DNA from: Bdellovibrionota bacterium | GTDB taxonomy: Bacteria; Bdellovibrionota_C; UBA2361; OMII01 | DNA length: 11,498 bases | Assembly: GCA_044356215.1 (NCBI GenBank) | Contig: JBIKWQ010000089.1 | Span: 1-11,498, forward strand | Direction of reading: 5' to 3' | In this document: piece after piece, positions 5,912 to 11,498 of the stretch | Layout of the letters: each line of letters starts with the position of its first letter | How positions within the stretch are numbered: the stretch's first letter is position 1 | Made by a program: the position numbers and the translations under genes | The notes under the pieces: model-generated | The model's input: the letters and a program-made list of their open reading frames with translations, nothing else | What the model was told of the DNA's origin: nothing | Databases searched by the model: none

Positions 5912-7006
5912 ATGAAGAGGGCGATCCACCAGTTAGTGCATACGTTAAGTTACGGTGACGCTATATCAACCGAGGTGTTGGCGTTGCAGAGGGTGCTTCG
6001 TGAGTTGGGATTCTCAAGTGAAATTTTTGCGATTCATGAGCATCCACTTCTTAAGGAACGCTCGATTCCGTACTCAAGGCTAGACGCGGAAGCCTCTGGA
6101 GAACTGATACTCCATTATTCGCTGGGGTCTCCATTAAATGACATCTACAAGGGCTGGTCGCGCGGGCATCGTACCCTAGTGTATCACAATATTACCCCAG
6201 CAATGTGGTACCGATCCATAAATAAGAGGGTGGCGGATGACATAGAGGTTGGGTTTCGAGATCTTCCTGGGCTATGCCAGGTTTCAGACGCTATCTGGGC
6301 CGATTCCGAATATAACGCTGGAGAGATACGAGAGCTTGGATTTGAGGTCGATGTACTAGAGCTATTAGTTGACCCAGCACGGTGGGATCCGCCACGAAAT
6401 GAGGGGATCTACACGTCAGTCAGTGGGTCGCCGGGAATTCAGGTCTTACACGTCGGGCGACTGGCACCCAATAAGAGGGTAGAGGATATAATCAAATCGT
6501 TTTACTTCTTAGTTAAGTACATAGACAGAGAGGCGCGCCTGCGGCTCGTTGGTATTGATACCGACACAGAGCTGTATTCTTTTTCTTTGCGAGAGTTGGC
6601 TAATTACTTAGGGATTGATTACGCGGTCGAGTTCGTCGGCCCGCTGTCAGATGGAGAGGTTCGCGCCATGTACGAGGCAAGCGATGTTTACCTATGTATG
6701 AGTGAACATGAAGGGTTCTGCCTCCCGATTATCGAGGCTATGCATTTTGGATTGCCTGTGTTGGCTTATGCGGCAGGTGCTGTGCCGGATACTATGGGTG
6801 ATGGTGGCATACTAGTAAGCCAGAAAAAGCATGCAGAGATCGCGGCGCTGATTGCAAAATTGGCAGCTCCTTCGGAGCTGCGAGAACAGGTCATACGCAG
6901 GGGACGGGAAAGGGTCAAGATATTTAGCTACGAAAATTTCTCGAACAGAGCCAAGGAATTGATCGGGGCTGATAAGACCAAGCAAAGCTTGGTAGAGGGG
7001 TTATGA
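5912..7006 (+). CDS. GT4 (GT-B fold) glycosyltransferase
   Basis: GDAIS, YHNITP, HVGRLAPNKR and the EX7E motif SEHEGFCLPIIEAM. Confidence 0.92.
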   Translation: MKRAIHQLVHTLSYGDAISTEVLALQRVLRELGFSSEIFAIHEHPLLKERSIPYSRLDAEASGELILHYSLGSPLNDIYKGWSRGHRTLVYHNITPAMWYRSINKRVADDIEVGFRDLPGLCQVSDAIWADSEYNAGEIRELGFEVDVLELLVDPARWDPPRNEGIYTSVSGSPGIQVLHVGRLAPNKRVEDIIKSFYFLVKYIDREARLRLVGIDTDTELYSFSLRELANYLGIDYAVEFVGPLSDGEVRAMYEASDVYLCMSEHEGFCLPIIEAMHFGLPVLAYAAGAVPDTMGDGGILVSQKKHAEIAALIAKLAAPSELREQVIRRGRERVKIFSYENFSNRAKELIGADKTKQSLVEGL

Positions 7007-8289
7007 TAAGAGTTGGTTTTGACACAAGTGCGCTAGATCCGAGGTTCAAGTCCCATGCGCAGCGAGGAATCGGGCGGTATGTGGGCCATCTGGCTGACTA
7101 TCTGCGTGAACAAGCGCCTAACGACCTCGAGTTAAAGTGGTTTGATCACGAGAACCTGATTCGCTCTGGCGTTGCGACTAAACTAATTGATCTGTTGCCA
7201 GTCGCTAGAACTACACTTAGGCAACAGCTTCTGTATCCACTCAAATTGAACAGCGGTGTTTTAAGAGGGGCCGATTTCGTTCATTTCCCAGCACATATGG
7301 ATGGACCAGCCTGGAGCGCCAAGCCTTACATCCTCACCGTGCACGATCTGATCCCAATGATTCTAGAGAAGCTATACAGGGCCAATAGACCAAATTGGCG
7401 CTATGAATTCGCGCGCTGGCTGGAGAGAACCTCGATAAAGAACGCAACTATGTTGCTAGCAGTAAGTGAGACTACAGCTCGCGATGTTGTCCGGCTATTG
7501 GACATTCCACGGGAGCGGATCGTAGTTACACCAAACGGAGTTGAGAGCTCGTTTTTTGATCTCTATAGAGTTCGCAGAGAATTGTCTGCTGAAGCCCGAA
7601 TTGAACTGCGTGATCGATTAAAGATTCCACGTGAGCGGCCGATCCTTTTTTATGTAGGTGGGCACGACGAGCGAAAGAATATCCCCATGGTAGTTGAGAT
7701 AGCTAGAGAGGCGATCGCAGAGAGAGCCGAGAGGGGGTTGTCCGAACCGATTCTTGTTCTGGCCGGCAAGGTAAACTCAGAGCGGGAGCGTGAGACTCTT
7801 AATACGGCTCTTCGTGATTTTGCTATGGCAGCTGATACGGTGGACCTCGGGTTTGTATCTGAAGACGATCTGCTAGCTCTTTACGCCGAAAGCGCGGTGT
7901 TCCTTTTCCCAAGTTTGTATGAAGGGTTCGGTTTGCCTGTATTGGAAGCAATGGCGGCAGGCGTGCCAGTAGTTAGCTCCGACAGGGGGGCGCTGCCTGA
8001 GGTTATGGGGCGCGTTGGTATTTCGTTTGATCCAGATGACGCGATAGCTGGATGCCGGGGAGTCTTAGATATTCTGAGCAATCCCGATTTAGCGGGGCGC
8101 CTCTCGTGTGACGGGCATGCGCGCGCGGCAGAGTTTACCTGGGAAAGAACGGGCAAGTTAACCCTTGAGGCTTATAGGTACGCTCATGAACTTTTAAGTG
8201 CCCGGTCAGCTTCAAAGCACGAGAAAGACAGCTCCGAGCAGGACGGCAAAGAGACTCCTCTCTCTTCAGTCGGGAACGCCGAGGTATAA
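7003..8289 (+). CDS. GT4 glycosyltransferase (MtfB/WbpY-like subgroup)
   Basis: RGIGRY, TVHDLIP, AVSETT, VTPNGV, RKN, FLFPSLYEGFGLPVLEAMAAG and FTWE. ATGA overlap with the upstream gene. Confidence 0.92.
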   Translation: MIRVGFDTSALDPRFKSHAQRGIGRYVGHLADYLREQAPNDLELKWFDHENLIRSGVATKLIDLLPVARTTLRQQLLYPLKLNSGVLRGADFVHFPAHMDGPAWSAKPYILTVHDLIPMILEKLYRANRPNWRYEFARWLERTSIKNATMLLAVSETTARDVVRLLDIPRERIVVTPNGVESSFFDLYRVRRELSAEARIELRDRLKIPRERPILFYVGGHDERKNIPMVVEIAREAIAERAERGLSEPILVLAGKVNSERERETLNTALRDFAMAADTVDLGFVSEDDLLALYAESAVFLFPSLYEGFGLPVLEAMAAGVPVVSSDRGALPEVMGRVGISFDPDDAIAGCRGVLDILSNPDLAGRLSCDGHARAAEFTWERTGKLTLEAYRYAHELLSARSASKHEKDSSEQDGKETPLSSVGNAEV

Positions 8290-8297
8290 CGAACTTT

Positions 8298-10403
8298 ATG
8301 GGGGCTCTTCTTAGCAAGAATCAGGGCACAAATAGGAGCTTTTTATTTGCAGCTGACCCTGAGCGTTCTCGTCGTACCAGCTTTTGTGATCTGATAGTTT
8401 TAGGGATGCTTGTATTAGTTGGCTTAGCCTTAAGGCTCGACTTCATGTGGGCTGCCGGTTTCACCATTGATGGAGATGAGGCGATCGTTGGATTGATGGG
8501 GTTGGATATCCTGGATGGCCAAGGTGTTCCTGTTTTCTATTATGGCCAGCACTACATGGGATCCCTTGAAGCCATTATGGCGAGCTGGTTCTTTGCCATT
8601 TTTGGAGCAAGTTCGTTCACACTACAACTCGTTCCGCTAGTTTGGTCTCTGGCGTTGATCGTTCTGGCCTACATTCTGGGAAGATTAATATCGGGGAGGA
8701 GAGCTGGGCTTATAGCTGCGACATTGACCGCCGTGGCACCTCCTGCGCTTCTGGTTTGGAGTAGTAAGGCGCGGGGTGGTTTTATTGAGGTGGTCGTAAT
8801 CGGAGCAGTGGCGCTCTGTTTAACGATAAAGTGGCTAAGATCTGACCCCGGACAAATTCGCTATCCAGTCCTAGTCGGACTGGCACTAGGACTAGGCTGG
8901 TGGGTTAATAATCAGATTATCTATTTTATCGTTCCAATAGCTATCTTTGGACTGGCACAATTGATTGCTCTTTTTGCGTCAAAGAGTAGCAGGAACGATG
9001 CGGCAGCGGTCAAATTTACAAGGGCCGCTCGAGTAGTTTTCTTTGGTACGCTAGCTTTTCTGGTAGGTGGACTGCCGTATTGGTGGTACAACCTTAGGCA
9101 CGGTTTCCCATCAGCCGGGATGTTTAAAGCAGCTTCGTGGCAAGAGTTCTGGGAGCACTTGGAGGGGCTGCGAATGACGGCGTTGCCGGCGATCGTTGGA
9201 GCGCAACGTTTTTGGCAGCGCTTGCCGGTATTTCCTTACAGTCGTCACATCTCTCTTCTTTTGTACGTTTTCCCGATTGCTCTTCTGGTCTTAGCCAGGT
9301 GGCGACAGGGGCTTGGATTGTTGGTGGCGCGAGTTGACCGCAAATGTCCCGCCGAGCTGCTTGTGTTGTTCTGCTTATCTTGCTGCTTTGTTTTTAGCCT
9401 GAGCTCTTTTGGGTGGTTAGTTCAGGCGCCTAGGTATCTTCTTCCTTTTTATGTCGGGTTGTATCCACTAATCGGAATCTGTTGTGACGCTCTCTGGAGG
9501 AGATCAAGAGCTCTGGGCGCTCTTTACTTGGGAGCGTTGCTATGTTTCCAATTAGCGGCTTCGTATGCAGGAGGACGGGGAATCAGCGGAGAGCCTGTTG
9601 TGTACGGCGGTCAGCGAGTCGCGAGGGACCACGGGGTGTTAGTTCAGACGCTAGATCGCTTGGGGATATCTCGGGTGAGGACCAATTACTGGATAGGTTA
9701 TCGACTCGCGTTTGAGACCAAACAGCGCATCACTTTTACTGTTTTAGGAGAACCAACGCAGGCGAGGATTACTCGCTACGAGGAACCAGACGCTATTAAG
9801 CGTGCGTTACTCCCTCTGCTGTTGGTACAGTCCGAGGTAGTAGTGGTCAAACCGGCCTTGAATAGATTTGGTTATTCATTCAAAGAAGAGCGCGCGGGGG
9901 AGTACACCATTCTCTACGATCTCAAAAGTGAGTTCGCCGCCGAGGAGCCAATTGTCTTAAGCGCAGAAAGCTATCAAGCTCGCGCTTTTGGACCAAACGA
10001 TCCAGCGCTTGCTCTAGATGGAAAAATTGAGACTCGATGGGGAAGTGGTGGCCCGCAGACACCTGGGCAGACCTTTGAGGTTGATTTTAAGGCTCCGCTA
10101 CTAGTCAATGGTGTTAGATACTCATACGGGGCTTGGTTTAGCGATCGACCAGCGGAGCTACAGGTAGAGGTTGAGGACCAGTCAGGTGTCAGGTACGTAG
10201 TCTTATCACGCAAGGAGTCTCCGGGCGCGTTGCATCTTTCGGCGAGAGAGCCATATTTTACACTTAGATTTACCCCCGCCTTAGTGCGTAAGGTTATCTT
10301 GACCCAGATGGGTAGGCACCCCGTCCTTGACTGGTCGATCGCTGAGTTCTCGTTGCTAGGGCCAAAAGAGGACACGTTATCAAGAGAGGCCTCGAATGAG
10401 TAA
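8298..10403 (+). CDS. ArnT/PMT-like (GT-C) membrane glycosyltransferase with C-terminal discoidin (F5/8 type C, CBM32-like) domain
   Basis: The first TM is followed by the acidic loop motif DGDEAIVGLMG and by YGQHYMGSLEA. There are many TM helices and a late PRYLLP motif. The C-terminal soluble domain contains ALALDG..TRW.S...Q..GQTFEVDF ... WSIAEF. Confidence 0.8.
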   Translation: MGALLSKNQGTNRSFLFAADPERSRRTSFCDLIVLGMLVLVGLALRLDFMWAAGFTIDGDEAIVGLMGLDILDGQGVPVFYYGQHYMGSLEAIMASWFFAIFGASSFTLQLVPLVWSLALIVLAYILGRLISGRRAGLIAATLTAVAPPALLVWSSKARGGFIEVVVIGAVALCLTIKWLRSDPGQIRYPVLVGLALGLGWWVNNQIIYFIVPIAIFGLAQLIALFASKSSRNDAAAVKFTRAARVVFFGTLAFLVGGLPYWWYNLRHGFPSAGMFKAASWQEFWEHLEGLRMTALPAIVGAQRFWQRLPVFPYSRHISLLLYVFPIALLVLARWRQGLGLLVARVDRKCPAELLVLFCLSCCFVFSLSSFGWLVQAPRYLLPFYVGLYPLIGICCDALWRRSRALGALYLGALLCFQLAASYAGGRGISGEPVVYGGQRVARDHGVLVQTLDRLGISRVRTNYWIGYRLAFETKQRITFTVLGEPTQARITRYEEPDAIKRALLPLLLVQSEVVVVKPALNRFGYSFKEERAGEYTILYDLKSEFAAEEPIVLSAESYQARAFGPNDPALALDGKIETRWGSGGPQTPGQTFEVDFKAPLLVNGVRYSYGAWFSDRPAELQVEVEDQSGVRYVVLSRKESPGALHLSAREPYFTLRFTPALVRKVILTQMGRHPVLDWSIAEFSLLGPKEDTLSREASNE

Positions 10404-11364
10404 GGCTGATTTAGTGGAGAGAAAAATTATATCTCTTCGGGCAGCGCGATATGTTTTCTCGCTCGTCATAGTTGGAGTTGTTGTATATTGGGTTTCAGCA
10501 GGTGAGCTTTTGCAGGCTCTTCGCGAGGTATCACTTCTCGACCTCGCTATTCTTGTTGGCTTATCAATACTGTTAGTTTCGGTAAGCGTCATTAAATGGC
10601 GACTCTTTCTTAATCGTCTCGGTATAGATCGTCCTTTCTGGCGTTTGTTTGAGCTTTACCTTGTTGGGTATTTCGTTAATACCTTCACACCATCTTTTAT
10701 TGGCGGAGATGTCGTTCGTAGCTTAGCGCTCGGCTCCAATGTTAATCGGACTCACGCGGTATCGGCGACCGCTCTTGAGCGTTACACTGGCATAGTAGCG
10801 ATGTTATTCATGGCACTCTGCGCGGCGCTGATATCGCCTGTAATCACAAAAGAGATCTTATTTGTGCTGCTCGTAGCTATAACGGGCTGTGTTGTGGGGA
10901 CGTGGTTAATTTTCTCGGGATACATAAACGCATTAGCGTCAAGGGCCCGGCTGCCCAAAAGGTTCGTTGAGGTCCTCGATACGGCCCGTCATGCGTTGAT
11001 ATTGGGCTCTTCTGACAGACCGCTCGTTACCCGTGCTCTGATCCTGTCGATTTTTTTCCATCTACTAACTATAGTGAACACGGCGGCGGTGGGAGCTGCT
11101 GTAGGATGGCAGGAGATCCCGTGGGGTGGTCTGTTAGTAGTAGTGCCTCTAATTCTATTAATTGGGGCTGTGCCCATCTCTCCTCAGGGTCTTGGAGTAC
11201 AAGAGGGGGCGTTTGTTTTTTTTCTGCATGCCGTTGGGGCTACCACGGGCCAAGCGTTAGCGATAGCGCTCATATTGAGAGCCAAGTCTTACGTATTAGC
11301 TATTTGCGGGGCTTTTGTCTGGATTGTCTGCCGTGGGAATTTTTCGGAGCGCGTGGATGTATGA
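10396..11364 (+). CDS. UPF0104 / lysylphosphatidylglycerol-synthase TM-domain (flippase-like) membrane protein
   Basis: KWRLFL, GYFVNTFTPSFIGGDVVR, ALER and PISPQGLGVQEG motifs, with about eight TM segments. Overlaps the upstream gene by 8 nt. Confidence 0.88.
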   Translation: MSKADLVERKIISLRAARYVFSLVIVGVVVYWVSAGELLQALREVSLLDLAILVGLSILLVSVSVIKWRLFLNRLGIDRPFWRLFELYLVGYFVNTFTPSFIGGDVVRSLALGSNVNRTHAVSATALERYTGIVAMLFMALCAALISPVITKEILFVLLVAITGCVVGTWLIFSGYINALASRARLPKRFVEVLDTARHALILGSSDRPLVTRALILSIFFHLLTIVNTAAVGAAVGWQEIPWGGLLVVVPLILLIGAVPISPQGLGVQEGAFVFFLHAVGATTGQALAIALILRAKSYVLAICGAFVWIVCRGNFSERVDV

Positions 11365-11483
11365 CAGGTAGTCTGTGGGCGAGACATATTACGGCGAAAA
11401 ATGAATTTTTGATTACCTGTGGCCGGGCTACAGATAGCTCGCAGAGCCTGCTGGAACCTAGAGTCGATGCGAAAATATGAAAG

Positions 11484-11489
11484 AAGGAG
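11484..11489 (+). promoter_or_regulatory. Probable Shine-Dalgarno of the next gene, starting at or just beyond the window edge
   Basis: AAGGAG 9 nt from the end of the window. No terminator is visible after 11364. Confidence 0.35.
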
Positions 11490-11498
11490 TCGCAAGGG

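Noticed and set aside
8865..8896. Overlapping short inverted repeats (CCAGTCC/GGACTGG and AGTCCTAGT/ACTAGGACT) inside the GT-C gene
   Set aside because: Explained by repeated Gly-Leu/Val-Leu codons in a TM helix. There is no U-tract and no other copies.
11216..11223. T8 tract in the flippase-like gene
   Set aside because: It encodes V-F-F near the 3' end of a hydrophobic protein and is expected by chance.
7881..11495. Short ORFs 7881-8156, 8135-8317, 9137-9337, 9974-10375, 10380-10592, 10989-11177, 11106-11480 (full length) and 11289-11495
   Set aside because: Antisense or alternative-frame overlaps of motif-bearing CDSs, with no recognisable features.

Overview
Bacterial cell-envelope region made of two divergent transcription units. 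The plus strand (3207-11364) is a tightly packed operon: HPRT-like phosphoribosyltransferase, wzt (with C-terminal carbohydrate-binding domain), wzm, two GT4 glycosyltransferases, an ArnT/PMT-like GT-C membrane glycosyltransferase fused to a discoidin (F5/8, CBM32-like) domain, and a UPF0104/LPG-synthase-TM flippase-like protein. The minus strand carries an M48 metallopeptidase lipoprotein and a polytopic, possibly GT-C-like membrane protein. Two elements are not explained by the ORF track. (1) A 183-bp imperfect fold-back element (1849-2031) has 17-bp perfect terminal inverted repeats and TTAA/CTAA flanks, and sits exactly at the M48 stop codon. (2) Positions 1 to about 218 look like the left end of an ISAs1-like insertion sequence; it encodes the N-terminus of a DUF4338/DruA-like protein and appears to truncate the membrane-protein gene. 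All family assignments come from manual motif recognition, not database searches.
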